A stretch of 64,000 nucleotides of DNA from Sulfurovum sp. (GCA_002733355.1 NVVN01000001.1:189091-253090), one strand, 5' to 3'. Counted from the stretch's first letter, positions 10,232 to 20,208 are shown. The notes: generated by a model not told the origin, from the letters alone. Numbers and translations: made by a program.

Positions 10232-13101
10232 GTATTTTAGAAAAATTAAATGCTGTTAAAGACACGGTGCCACATTATTGGCCCATAGGTTCTTTTATTG
10301 CACATAACCCACTCAAAGGTTTTGAGCATCTTAACTTCAAAGAAGCTCTAGATAAAGCCCAAAGTATCTTTGGTGGTAAAGTATATATGGATCCTGACTA
10401 CTATATTAACCTTTATAATGAAGGTAAAATTAGTTCAGAAGCTTTAGAGGAAAACCTAATAAGACCTTTAAAAGAACATAATTTAGAAGCATTTTCCAAT
10501 GAAGCCAAAACTTTTATGTTAGAGATAAGTCCAAAATGGAATGGATTAAGGTCTTATCAAGAGTTAAAAATAAATGAGATAGACGAAGATCTTCATGCCT
10601 ATTTAGAAGAAAACTCCCTCTACATGAATAAAGAAGCATGGGTTGAAAAACTTACTACCCACATGACCTTTTATGAAATTCATGATGCCCTCTTTGNTAC
10701 CAGNGAAAAAGAACTTATAGAAAAAGATGTTATAGAGTTTATCTCACGTTTTCTTGACCAAGAACAAACTACCCTTAGTATGTCAGATAGAGACCTAGGA
10801 ATGTTTGGTGTATTTAAACTCTATGAAGATATTGACCATGAGGGTGACTCTTTAAGTTATGTAGAAAAACTTTTANCCAAACTCAAAATTAAAGATGTCG
10901 AAAAATATTTCTTAACACACATCCTTAAACTTCATGGTTGGGCTGGGTTTATTAAGTATCGGTCTGAAGACCCCGACTACTATAGTCAACAAAAGCACCC
11001 TTCGTCACTCATGGATTATATGGCAATCAGACTACATTTTGAGCTCAAATATATAGGAGGAGAAGTCATCAATAACTTTGGTATACTTGATGCCTATATT
11101 AAAGAAAATTATGCTTATACCATTCTAAAATTCTTACAAGCAAAAGGTAAACTTACAGGTACATACAATGACTTAATGGAAGAACATAAAGAGTATGATG
11201 AAATTTTAGATGCCTATGTCAAGGATGAAATCAATCTAAATTCTCTACGTGTTCAACTGGCAAAAAAAGCCTTACCAGCCTTAAAAATGTCACTTATCGA
11301 GTTTTCAAACTTTGCTGATCTTCTTAAAAAAGAAGAAGGTNACCTTTGGCTAAAGTCTTTAGAAGACACTTATATCACGCAGTATGTAGATGAGTTTACT
11401 ACCCAACATGTTTATAATGAGAAACCTCTATCCTCAGCTATTTTTTGTTTGGATGTACGTTCAGAAGTTATCCGTAGAGAAATAGAAGCTTCAGGTCCCT
11501 ACGATACCTATGGTGCAGGTGGTTTCCTTGGTCTACCTATTTCTTTTGTAGAATTTGACAAACCCAATACCCTCGCTTTAGCTCCTGCAGTCATTAAACC
11601 TAAAAATATTGTTTTTGAAATACCCATTGAAGACCACGAAGAGTATAACAGTAAAAGTAATTTTGCCAAAACGACCAAAAAAGTTTTAACAGACTTGAAA
11701 AATAATCCTTATACTCCTTATATCATGGTAGAAGCCATTGGTTGGATGTTTGGTCTTAAACTTTTTGGAAAGACATTTTTTCCAGAAAAAACTGCAAAAA
11801 TATTTGGTAAACTTAAAGCTAAGAAGCCTAAAACTACCTTTACACTAGACAAACTAAGCAGTGATGAAATAGAAAAATATGTTAAAAAACTTCATATTAA
11901 TATTATTAATGAGGTACTCGTAACACAATCAGATGATGTGCTTAATGATGAGGAGATTGATGCATTGTGGGAACATTTAGTATTTAACAAAACACTCNGC
12001 ATTGAAGTTTCCAACAAAATGATTGAAAACCTTAGGCATGCCTACCACATCAATAATGAAGATTATGAAGAACAAAAAGAGAAACTTAGCCGAGTTGGAT
12101 TTACTTTAGAGGAGCAAGTTATGTATATCGATAACTTACTCAAAATGATAGGTCTAGTTAAAGATTTTCCTCAGTTTGTAACTATCATAGCACATGGTAG
12201 TGTCTCTGATAATAACCCTTTTGAATCTGCCTTAGACTGTGGTGCTTGTGGCGGAAATATTTCTTTACCTAATGCCAGAGCCCTTTGTATGATTGCAAAC
12301 AAAAAAGAAGTGCGTGAAAAACTAAACAATAAGGGACTAAAGATACCTGATAATGTTACCTTTATACCTGCTCTACACAACACTACTACAGATGAGATAA
12401 CATATCATGATACACATATTCTTAAAGATAAAGATTCTGAAACATTTAAAAAAGTAATGGATGATTTCAAAAAAGCATCTTATGCTTCAAGAGAAGAGAG
12501 AATAAAAGTTTTACCAAATACTCAAACACAAAATGATATTTTTATTAAAACAATGGACTGGTCTGAACCAAGACCAGAGTGGGGCTTGTCTAGGAATATC
12601 GGAGTCTTTGCAGGTCCAAGAGATACAACAAAACATCTAAACCTTGAAAATAGACTGTTTATGCACTCATATGACTGGCGAATAGACAACGATAATGCTG
12701 ATATACTAACACGAATATTTGATGGTCCATTAATAGTCGGTGAGTGGATTAACTTAACACATTATTTCTCTACAGTTGATAATAGTATTTATGGAGCTGG
12801 TTCAAAAGTCTACCATAACATAGTTGCCAAAGTTGGTGTTTACAATGGAAACTATAGTGACTTAAAAATTGGTCTTCCAACACAAAGTGTCATTTCAGAA
12901 GGTGAAGCATACCATGAACCTGTTAGACTTCTTACATTTATGGAAGCACCACTAGAAAAGGTTGGTAAAGCAGTTGAAAACTCACTAGCCCAACCCTTCA
13001 TATTAAATGAATGGATAAGACCCATTATCATAGATAAAGAGGCGAAAAAAGTATACTCTTATGAATATGGTGAATTTATCGTAATTAAAGAACTGGAGTA
13101 A
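10228..13101 (+). CDS. dabA: DUF2309 / DabA Zn beta-carbonic-anhydrase-like subunit
   Basis: WPIGSFIAHNP, FCLDVRSE, HGS, LDCGACGG (Zn ligands C, D, H, C), DWSEPRPEWGL. Confidence 0.95.
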   Translation: MSILEKLNAVKDTVPHYWPIGSFIAHNPLKGFEHLNFKEALDKAQSIFGGKVYMDPDYYINLYNEGKISSEALEENLIRPLKEHNLEAFSNEAKTFMLEISPKWNGLRSYQELKINEIDEDLHAYLEENSLYMNKEAWVEKLTTHMTFYEIHDALFXTXEKELIEKDVIEFISRFLDQEQTTLSMSDRDLGMFGVFKLYEDIDHEGDSLSYVEKLLXKLKIKDVEKYFLTHILKLHGWAGFIKYRSEDPDYYSQQKHPSSLMDYMAIRLHFELKYIGGEVINNFGILDAYIKENYAYTILKFLQAKGKLTGTYNDLMEEHKEYDEILDAYVKDEINLNSLRVQLAKKALPALKMSLIEFSNFADLLKKEEGXLWLKSLEDTYITQYVDEFTTQHVYNEKPLSSAIFCLDVRSEVIRREIEASGPYDTYGAGGFLGLPISFVEFDKPNTLALAPAVIKPKNIVFEIPIEDHEEYNSKSNFAKTTKKVLTDLKNNPYTPYIMVEAIGWMFGLKLFGKTFFPEKTAKIFGKLKAKKPKTTFTLDKLSSDEIEKYVKKLHINIINEVLVTQSDDVLNDEEIDALWEHLVFNKTLXIEVSNKMIENLRHAYHINNEDYEEQKEKLSRVGFTLEEQVMYIDNLLKMIGLVKDFPQFVTIIAHGSVSDNNPFESALDCGACGGNISLPNARALCMIANKKEVREKLNNKGLKIPDNVTFIPALHNTTTDEITYHDTHILKDKDSETFKKVMDDFKKASYASREERIKVLPNTQTQNDIFIKTMDWSEPRPEWGLSRNIGVFAGPRDTTKHLNLENRLFMHSYDWRIDNDNADILTRIFDGPLIVGEWINLTHYFSTVDNSIYGAGSKVYHNIVAKVGVYNGNYSDLKIGLPTQSVISEGEAYHEPVRLLTFMEAPLEKVGKAVENSLAQPFILNEWIRPIIIDKEAKKVYSYEYGEFIVIKELE

Positions 13102-13103
13102 TA

Positions 13104-13352
13104 ATGGAAAAAGAAAAAATGTATAAAGTACATATTGAAAATGAATGTAACTGTTTTAAGAAATCTTCATTTGAAAATAACTTAACCTATAAAGACAAAG
13201 CAGATGCACAAATGAAAGCCAAAGTAATGGAGTGTCGTATGAACCAAGAGTTCTGTCACACACATTATTTTGAAGCAGAAGATATGGGTGATGAAATTAT
13301 TCTTAGAAGTGTTGTGCGTGCAGATTTTGAAGATGAAGAGGATGACTATTAG
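13104..13352 (+). CDS. Small Cys/His-motif protein (paralogue 1)
   Basis: ECNCFKKS...MNQEFCHTHYF; acidic tail; starts 2 nt after the dabA stop. Confidence 0.75.
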   Translation: MEKEKMYKVHIENECNCFKKSSFENNLTYKDKADAQMKAKVMECRMNQEFCHTHYFEAEDMGDEIILRSVVRADFEDEEDDY

Positions 13353-13417
13353 CTTTAATATCTCTTTAAGCTCTAATCGCTATTATCCATTACTAATTAA
13401 TAATACAAGGATGTTAT

Positions 13418-13660
13418 ATGTTTAAAGTAGAAGTTGAAAAAGAATGTGGTTGTTTCAAAAAAAGCGAGTATCAAAAAGAGAAATCATTTGAAAGTAGAGA
13501 TGAAGCACTTCTTTATACTGAAGCTATCACAGAACTTATGAATGAAGAGTTTTGTAGTAAACATTACTTCTCAGCACACAAAATGACTGAAAATGAGTTT
13601 GTAATCAAAATGAACGATGGTCAAGGTGGCGGATGTTGTGGTGGTGGACACTGTTCATAG
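13418..13660 (+). CDS. Small Cys/His-motif protein (paralogue 2) with a CCGGGHCS tail
   Basis: ECGCFKKS...MNEEFCSKHYF...GGCCGGGHCS; AAGGA RBS. Confidence 0.8.
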   Translation: MFKVEVEKECGCFKKSEYQKEKSFESRDEALLYTEAITELMNEEFCSKHYFSAHKMTENEFVIKMNDGQGGGCCGGGHCS

Positions 13661-13674
13661 TAACCATACACAAA

Positions 13675-13695
13675 GGAGTCAAAATTTTGNACTCC
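13675..13695. terminator. Hairpin between convergent genes
   Basis: GGAGTCAAAATTTTG-N-ACTCC inverted repeat. Confidence 0.4.
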
Positions 13696-13717
13696 CTACC
13701 TTCACAGAAAATCTCTA

Positions 13718-14689
13718 TTACTTNTTAATTGTAAACTTCGGTANATTTAAAATATCAGACTTATCACACAACTCTATCACATCTTTCTCTATATTTTCAC
13801 CTATAAATATCAGCAATGACTTATCTNTATAATCTACCAACTCCTCAAACGAAACATCACCAAATGAGTAATTGATAAAAATAGCATTAGGTACATCTGT
13901 TACCCTTACCACACCTTTAACCCTATAAATGTTTTCAGGGAGATTTTCCAATATATCGTCAACATCTTGAAATACAATATCTTCTTTTAAATATGCGACC
14001 TTCTGAGTCAAGGAGTCTTTTATCGTATGATCGAGGTGTTTATAGTCTTCAGCAAATTTAATGACTTCCTCGACCCTATATATACCTTCAAACACTTCTT
14101 TATTAACCAAGCCTTGCTCTGCCCTATGTAGAACATAATTTTTGAATATAGGCTTACCTGTCATCGTGTTTTTAATATTATACTTTTCTTTTACTNCACG
14201 TATCTCAGNTTCNACANNANTNGCTTCATCTTCACTGATCAAATCAGTCTTATTCATCACGATAATGTTAGAGCCGCCAAGTTGATACTTTGCAGTAGAA
14301 TTATCTTTATACGCATCAAAGTTTTTGCTGTCTACCACACATATAATGCCATCGACCTGTATACCTAGGTTTTGTAACGATAAAAATATCGGGAAAGGTT
14401 CAGAAGCACCAGAAGTCTCTACAAATATGATTTCAGGATTATATTTTTCAATAATNTCAGCAACACCACTCTCAAACTCTTCTGCAAGNTGACAACAAAT
14501 ACAACCTTCTGAGATTTCAAGTACTTCACTNTANACATTGGTAAGTATCTTGCTGTCTACTCCAATGTCACCAAATTCATTNACNACNATAGCNATTTTT
14601 TTATCTGGAAAATATTGTTTGACGCTATTTGTAAGCATAGTTGTTTTACCAACACCTAAAAATCCTGTGATTACAAAAGAGGAAATCAT
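13718..14689 (-). CDS. COG0523/CobW-family G3E GTPase (metallochaperone)
   Basis: GFLGVGKTT Walker A, NEFG, GCICC metal motif, ETSG, NKTD, C-terminal R.KG CobW_C-like segment. Confidence 0.92.
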   Translation of the reverse strand: MISSFVITGFLGVGKTTMLTNSVKQYFPDKKXAXXXNEFGDIGVDSKILTNXXSEVLEISEGCICCXLAEEFESGVAXIIEKYNPEIIFVETSGASEPFPIFLSLQNLGIQVDGIICVVDSKNFDAYKDNSTAKYQLGGSNIIVMNKTDLISEDEXXXXEXEIRXVKEKYNIKNTMTGKPIFKNYVLHRAEQGLVNKEVFEGIYRVEEVIKFAEDYKHLDHTIKDSLTQKVAYLKEDIVFQDVDDILENLPENIYRVKGVVRVTDVPNAIFINYSFGDVSFEELVDYXDKSLLIFIGENIEKDVIELCDKSDILNXPKFTIXK

Positions 14690-14779
14690 ACTTATACCTT
14701 AAATATTGGGGATGTTTGCATAAAAGAGTTAAATGCTAGAAAAACACAACGTGATATGTTTTTATAGTATTTATGTACT

Positions 14780-14805
14780 AATGTCTGTGCCGAAGCACAG
14801 TCATT
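14780..14805 (-). terminator. C(UUCG)G-capped hairpin after the last por gene; no U-tract, so a stabiliser or weak terminator
   Basis: Minus strand reads AAUG-A-CUGUGC UUCG GCACAG-A-CAUU. Confidence 0.55.
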
Positions 14806-14806
14806 A

Positions 14807-15517
14807 TTACGCGCTAACAGGTTCCATNGTTTCAAGCATTTGCTCAAGACCAACTTCTTTAGCCCACTCAGCTGTCAAATCATATGCAGCAGATGCAGTT
14901 TCAAGGTTTTTTTGAATCAAATCTCTTTTTTTCTTAAACTTTTTCTCGATAACTGAGTCAAGTGATGCAGTACCACCAGAAGCAACATATTTCTTAAGGA
15001 ATCTATCTTTGATTCCTTCTTCAATAGCTTCTTTACTAAAGTTACCAAGCGCACCAAAGAGTGCACCTAGCATTGCCATGTTTGTTGCAAGTTCAGTTCC
15101 TGCGATTTCGATAGCAAACTTTGTAAAATCTCTTGTTAAAACTTTAACATTTTTAGACTCTAAAAATTTTCTATCAACATCNGTTAAAAGATCAATATCA
15201 CTGTTGATGATTACAAGACCATTTTCTTTAATACCTGCGTAAAAAGGCATAGTATATGATTTACCCATAGTAATAACTTGTGGGTGGTATATCATAACGA
15301 TATCAGGATAAATAACTTCCCCTCTATCGTAGATAGGTACTGTACCTATTCTTGTATAACTCTCAGAAGGTGCCATTCTTTTTTCAGCACCAAAAAATGG
15401 ATTTGAAACTGCATAGTAACCTTCAGTATCAGCCGCAGTAGCAGCAATATGAGCTGCTGTAACCGCACCTTGCCCGCCTAGAGCAGGCATTCTTATTTTA
15501 ATCGAATCTTTTGCCAT
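14807..15517 (-). CDS. porG: Five-subunit-type 2-oxoacid:ferredoxin oxidoreductase gamma subunit (probably Por)
   Basis: ALGGQGAVT, PFFGAEKRMAP, NMAMLGA. Confidence 0.85.
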   Translation of the reverse strand: MAKDSIKIRMPALGGQGAVTAAHIAATAADTEGYYAVSNPFFGAEKRMAPSESYTRIGTVPIYDRGEVIYPDIVMIYHPQVITMGKSYTMPFYAGIKENGLVIINSDIDLLXDVDRKFLESKNVKVLTRDFTKFAIEIAGTELATNMAMLGALFGALGNFSKEAIEEGIKDRFLKKYVASGGTASLDSVIEKKFKKKRDLIQKNLETASAAYDLTAEWAKEVGLEQMLEXMEPVSA

Positions 15518-16386
15518 TATACAAGTCCTTTCTTCTTACATTCTTTTAAGTATGCTTCAGCTTCTGGAGTAATATATTTAAAGTCAGTAAATCTGTCTTT
15601 ATCTTGCTCTTTCATTTCCCATAGACCTTCATTGGCTGCAAGACCAATTTCAAGAATACAAGGAGTGTAAAGGTGGATATATGTTGGTCCAAGTTCTCTT
15701 GCGATCAAAATCGCTTCTCTAAGTACTTTTGCAACTTTTTTAGGTGCAGATGCTGTAAGTTTAACAGAATATTGACATCCTGAAGTTACNGCAAGTTCCC
15801 ACATAGGTACTTTTTCAAAAACTTTTCCTTTAGGAGCCATTTTAAATACTTGACCTTTTGGTGTTGAACCAGACTCTTGTCCACCTGTGTTTGCATATAC
15901 TTCGTTNTCAAAACANATAGTCGTNATTTTTTCTTGTCTAAAGAATGACTGTAAAGTATAGTCAAGACCGATATCGATAGTAGCACCATCACCAGCAAGA
16001 ACAACAACATCTTTAACTTTATCTGGGAATCTCCACTCTAAAACTCTTTTGATACCTGATGCAACTGCATTTTGGTTACCAAATAGTGAGTGCACAGTAT
16101 GTAGTGCAATATGTGGAAACATCAATGAAGTACAACCAGTTGAGTTAACAATGATTGTCTCTTCTGGCGTAGGAAGTGCAGCAAGAATGTATCTCAATGC
16201 TGCTGCTTCTGGACAACCTGCACATAAAGAGTGTTCTTCTAGAATCTCTTTTTTATCTGTAAGGTCATTAATTCCACGTTTTTCAACGCTTTGGCCAGCC
16301 CAAGTTGCATTATCCTCGAGATCGATGATCTCTTGAGGCATAATGTCTCTAAACTCTGGATTTATTTTGTAAATATCAACTGACAT
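15517..16386 (-). CDS. porB: 2-oxoacid:ferredoxin oxidoreductase beta subunit (probably Por)
   Basis: HSLCAGCPE, GDG TPP-binding motif, NEVYANTGGQ. Confidence 0.85.
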   Translation of the reverse strand: MSVDIYKINPEFRDIMPQEIIDLEDNATWAGQSVEKRGINDLTDKKEILEEHSLCAGCPEAAALRYILAALPTPEETIIVNSTGCTSLMFPHIALHTVHSLFGNQNAVASGIKRVLEWRFPDKVKDVVVLAGDGATIDIGLDYTLQSFFRQEKXTTXCFXNEVYANTGGQESGSTPKGQVFKMAPKGKVFEKVPMWELXVTSGCQYSVKLTASAPKKVAKVLREAILIARELGPTYIHLYTPCILEIGLAANEGLWEMKEQDKDRFTDFKYITPEAEAYLKECKKKGLV

Positions 16387-16387
16387 T

Positions 16388-17590
16388 CTATGCCCCTTTC
16401 TCTACGTTAACGTGTTCTAATACTTCTTTAAGTATAGCTTCAACAGGCATACTCATACCACCAGCAACTCTAGGTCTTCCAACGATTTGCGCATCACACT
16501 TACCATAAAGTGATGTTGCCACTTCTTTATCCAACCAACCAACAACATTGAACTCAGGAACAAAAATGTGTTTTGCACTTTTTGTAGCTTCAAGGAGTTC
16601 TTTATGTGGGAATGGTCTTATCGTTCTTAATTTAAGAACTTTTGACTTAATCCCAAGTTTTGTAAGTTCTCTATTTGCTTCTTTAGCTTGGTGTGAGGCA
16701 GTACCACAAGTAACAAATACAATCTCTGCATCAGCATCACCAGTTGTATGTATTAAACCTTTTAAANAGTGTTCAGCATATGGTCTTGATCTTTCTACTG
16801 CTGATCTAACTTCCCACTGCCAAGAGGCATGTGTTGCATAAGAGATGTAGTTAGATTTCATAACAAATGGATCTCTTAAAAATCTACCTGGAGGCATCTC
16901 TGAATCTATTGGAGGTAGTGGTGCTGCATATGGGTCATAACGTCTTAACGCTATATCATCATCTGGAAGCATAACTGCTTCTCTTGTATGTGATACAAAG
17001 AAACCATCAACCACAGTCACGATTGGTACGTGAACATCTGGCATTTCAGCCACTGTAAACGCTGCGATACTCATGTCAAATAATTCTTGAACATTTTCTG
17101 CATACCAAATCATACAACCTGTCTCAAGCATAAATGTAACTTCCAAGTTATCTGGCTGAATAGTAAGTGGTGAGTTAATACCTCTTGCCATTAAACATAG
17201 TTGTACAGGTATTCTTGTACCTGACCACATTGGAAAGTTTTCCATTGCTCTTAGTGTTCCTGGTCCTGAAGTTGTTGTTACTGTTCTAGCACCTGCCATT
17301 GCACAACCGGCAACTTCAGACATAACACCAAATTCGTTTTCACCTCTAAAGTATACACCTATATATCCCTCTGCCCATAGCTCACCAATAAGGTGNGCTG
17401 CTTCTGACTGAGGTGTAATAGGGTAAGATACCGAAGCATCTACCGTACATCTTTTCATCGCTTCTTTAAGCACTTCTGAACCTGTCATAAAGTGTTTTGT
17501 TCTTGGGGCCTCGAAAAGTAAATAGTCAGTCGAAACCATTGTTTGACCTGACCAGTTTTTTTCTGCCACTTCTTGATTTTTTACAGTCAT
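16388..17590 (-). CDS. porA: 2-oxoacid:ferredoxin oxidoreductase alpha subunit (probably Por)
   Basis: YPITPQSE, TTSGPG, DGFFVSH. Confidence 0.85.
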   Translation of the reverse strand: MTVKNQEVAEKNWSGQTMVSTDYLLFEAPRTKHFMTGSEVLKEAMKRCTVDASVSYPITPQSEAXHLIGELWAEGYIGVYFRGENEFGVMSEVAGCAMAGARTVTTTSGPGTLRAMENFPMWSGTRIPVQLCLMARGINSPLTIQPDNLEVTFMLETGCMIWYAENVQELFDMSIAAFTVAEMPDVHVPIVTVVDGFFVSHTREAVMLPDDDIALRRYDPYAAPLPPIDSEMPPGRFLRDPFVMKSNYISYATHASWQWEVRSAVERSRPYAEHXLKGLIHTTGDADAEIVFVTCGTASHQAKEANRELTKLGIKSKVLKLRTIRPFPHKELLEATKSAKHIFVPEFNVVGWLDKEVATSLYGKCDAQIVGRPRVAGGMSMPVEAILKEVLEHVNVEKGA

Positions 17591-17606
17591 AGTAACCTCC
17601 TAAGCT

Positions 17607-18176
17607 CTATTTTGAAAGTTCTTGCTTAACTTCTTTAGCAATTTTGATGAACTTTGCCAACTCTTCAGTATGCTGGTCCCTAATGGTAGCCATAGCATCT
17701 TCGTGTCCTGAAAGTCCACAGATAGCTGCTGTGTAACAGTCTGTTTCACATCTAATCATTTTTAATGCAACATTTGCATAGTGACAATGTACACCAATAA
17801 AGATACATGCCTTAATGTCATTATGCCATATTGTTAAATTTGGATGGTTAGGATTAATCTCAACTTCTGGATCAATCTTAGGATATTTTGGTCTATAATC
17901 ATACATAGGTATCATTTTAGCATTCAAAACTTCCGCCATCTCTTTAATAAGTGTTGCTTTTTTCTTAGCTTCATCATTCCAAGCGTACAGTACCTGTGGT
18001 CCTGGGAAGATTGTAGCATTTTCACTTGTTAACATCACTCTAGCAATTTCTCTCATTGCTACTTCTTCATCAACCACATCAGTTAATAATATTGCTTTGC
18101 CTTCTGGTGGTGTTAATAAACCATCATAGACTGCAACCGGGTACGGTGCATAATAAGCTGGGCCTAAATTAGCCAT
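17607..18176 (-). CDS. porD: Five-subunit oxidoreductase delta subunit (probably PorD)
   Basis: TIFPGP, DYRPKYPKIDPEVEINPNHPN, GVHCHYAN. Confidence 0.8.
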   Translation of the reverse strand: MANLGPAYYAPYPVAVYDGLLTPPEGKAILLTDVVDEEVAMREIARVMLTSENATIFPGPQVLYAWNDEAKKKATLIKEMAEVLNAKMIPMYDYRPKYPKIDPEVEINPNHPNLTIWHNDIKACIFIGVHCHYANVALKMIRCETDCYTAAICGLSGHEDAMATIRDQHTEELAKFIKIAKEVKQELSK

Positions 18177-18202
18177 TTTTTCTCCTAAATATTACTTGTA
18201 AT

Positions 18203-18351
18203 ACTGTCATACCATGCGTATAAAAATTAGCCCTCATTAAATAAAAAAATGAAGGATGATTTTTATACGCATGGCAGAACAGTGATTCCTCTTCCTTATA
18301 CAAGGAAAGAGTGATTAAATTCTTATCTGGGGAGAATATCCCCAAAGATAA
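18203..18351. other. Three consecutive intergenic hairpins between the for and por clusters
   Basis: ~36-bp imperfect stem with a perfect 16-bp core (CCATGCGTATAAAAAT / ATTTTTATACGCATGG), then CTCTTCCTT..AAGGAAAGAG and TTATCTGGGGA..TCCCCAAAGATAA. Confidence 0.7.
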
Positions 18352-18358
18352 AAGTTTA

Positions 18359-18601
18359 CTAGTCTTCCGTAGATACCATCGCCATTTCGATACAGTTTCT
18401 TTCAAGAAGATCAGAACATACGTATACACAAATTGCACAACCTTTACATCTGTCTTCATCAACCCATGAAGTACCATGATCGTTACCGTGTTTCTTTTCT
18501 TTATCATACATCAAGGTATTTGCCTCTGGGCAATAAAGTGTACACATGTTACACTTGTATGTTGAACACATTTCTGAATTTACTTTTGCTACATAATACA
18601 T
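18359..18601 (-). CDS. forE: Ferredoxin-like epsilon subunit
   Basis: MYYVAKV, CxxxxCxxCxxxCP and CKGCAICVYVC. Confidence 0.85.
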   Translation of the reverse strand: MYYVAKVNSEMCSTYKCNMCTLYCPEANTLMYDKEKKHGNDHGTSWVDEDRCKGCAICVYVCSDLLERNCIEMAMVSTED

Positions 18602-18615
18602 TATTTATTTCCTTT

Positions 18616-19320
18616 TTATACTGTTAAGTGTGTTATAAGTTCGCCATCATCTAAGTTAATAGTACTAGCCATCTCGAAAGTTGCATTAATTACTTCCATG
18701 TTCTTCGCAAGAAGATCTTCTTTTTTCTTAAACTTTTTCTCTATAGCTGAGTCAAGTGATGCTGTACCACCTGAAGCAACAAATGAATTACCTAAGAATC
18801 TTTCTCTAACCGCTGCTTCAATATGTTCTTCAGTACAAAGTTGAGTCAATCCAAGTAACATACCCATCATAGACATGTTAGTTGCAAGCTCAGTACCAGC
18901 AATTTTAAGTGCCAATTCTGTTGCATCAAATTGAACTACTTTAGCATTAAGATTTCTAAGTACTTCCATATCTTCTGGCTCAAGTACATCATGAGCAGTA
19001 TTGATAATAACCAAAGAATTTTTCTTTAAACCTGTATAGAAAGGCATTGTGTATGACTTACCATGTGTTACAACTTGTGAATGGTAAATCAAAATAATAT
19101 CAGGGTAAACCACTTCACCCACTTCATAGATAGGCTCAGAAGATGCTCTTACGTACGCTTCAACTGGTGCCATTCTTTTTTCAGAACCAAAAAATGGTAC
19201 CAAAGAAGCATATTTACCTGCATTGTCCATACATGATCCAAGGATGTGGGCAGAGGTAACAACCCCTTGTCCACCAAGTCCTGAGATACGCATGTTATAT
19301 CTTTTTTTATCTGCTGCCAT
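18616..19320 (-). CDS. forG: Oxidoreductase gamma subunit (probably For/OGOR)
   Basis: GLGGQGVVT, PFFGSEKRMAP. Confidence 0.82.
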   Translation of the reverse strand: MAADKKRYNMRISGLGGQGVVTSAHILGSCMDNAGKYASLVPFFGSEKRMAPVEAYVRASSEPIYEVGEVVYPDIILIYHSQVVTHGKSYTMPFYTGLKKNSLVIINTAHDVLEPEDMEVLRNLNAKVVQFDATELALKIAGTELATNMSMMGMLLGLTQLCTEEHIEAAVRERFLGNSFVASGGTASLDSAIEKKFKKKEDLLAKNMEVINATFEMASTINLDDGELITHLTV

Positions 19321-19321
19321 A

Positions 19322-20197
19322 TTAACTTACCTCTCTTTTCTTTTTAGATTCAACTATAGCGAATAAATCTTTCGCTTCAGGTGTCATAAATTCTTCAAAA
19401 GCAAAACGACCTTTTTCCATCTCTTTAGCATCTCTAAATACATCAGGAGTTGGAATAGAATACTCAATGTTACACGATGTGTATACATGGATGAATGTTG
19501 GTCCAAGTTTTCTAGCTGCGAAGATTGCTCTTCTTATTGCNTTNGCAGATTTGTTAATGTTTGTCGGTGACATTTTAACAACATACACACATCCAGCAGT
19601 GATCGCTAGTTGCATTGCAGGCATCTTACCAAAGTTTTTACCTTTTGGAGACATTTTAAGTACAGCACCTTCGATACTCATACCAGACTCTTGTCCACCT
19701 GTGTTTCCATACACTTCATTGTCTAGCATGATAGTCGTAAATTTTTCACGTCTAAACCAAGCATGCATAGTCATAGAGAAACCGATATCCATCATACCAC
19801 CGTCACCGGCGATTGTNATAACATCTTTTTGAATGTCTGGGAATCTCAATCTAAATGCACGAGTCATACCAGATGCCATNGCATTTTGGTCACCGTAGTT
19901 ACCATATACAAATGGAACAGCCGCTTGTGAAATAGCAAGTCTACCACATCCAGCTGTACCGATTGTTACAGTGTTTTCAGGGTTTGGAAGTGCTGCAAAG
20001 ATGATCTTAATGTAATAAGCCATCCAACAACCAGAACACATTGGGTGCTCTTCAACTAACTCTTTAAATGTACCCATGTTTTTAACGCCTACTTCAGAGT
20101 AGTCTTTACCAAATGGGCCGTAATCTACCAACTCGACATAATCTTTTGGTAAATATTTCTTAAATTTTGATGCTGGGATCATATATCTTAAACTCAT
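19322..20197 (-). CDS. forB: Oxidoreductase beta subunit (probably For/OGOR)
   Basis: HPMCSGC, GDGG, DNEVYGNTGGQ. Confidence 0.82.
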   Translation of the reverse strand: MSLRYMIPASKFKKYLPKDYVELVDYGPFGKDYSEVGVKNMGTFKELVEEHPMCSGCWMAYYIKIIFAALPNPENTVTIGTAGCGRLAISQAAVPFVYGNYGDQNXMASGMTRAFRLRFPDIQKDVXTIAGDGGMMDIGFSMTMHAWFRREKFTTIMLDNEVYGNTGGQESGMSIEGAVLKMSPKGKNFGKMPAMQLAITAGCVYVVKMSPTNINKSXXAIRRAIFAARKLGPTFIHVYTSCNIEYSIPTPDVFRDAKEMEKGRFAFEEFMTPEAKDLFAIVESKKKREVS

Positions 20198-20208
20198 TTT
20201 CTATCCTT

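Noticed and set aside
18169..18507. 112-aa ORF spanning the for-por spacer as a missing porE
   Set aside because: Out-of-frame overlap with forE and no ferredoxin Cys motif.
14935..18780. Similar DNA stretches shared by the two gamma subunit genes
   Set aside because: Explained by conserved paralogue protein motifs (VASGGTASLDS..EKKFKKK).
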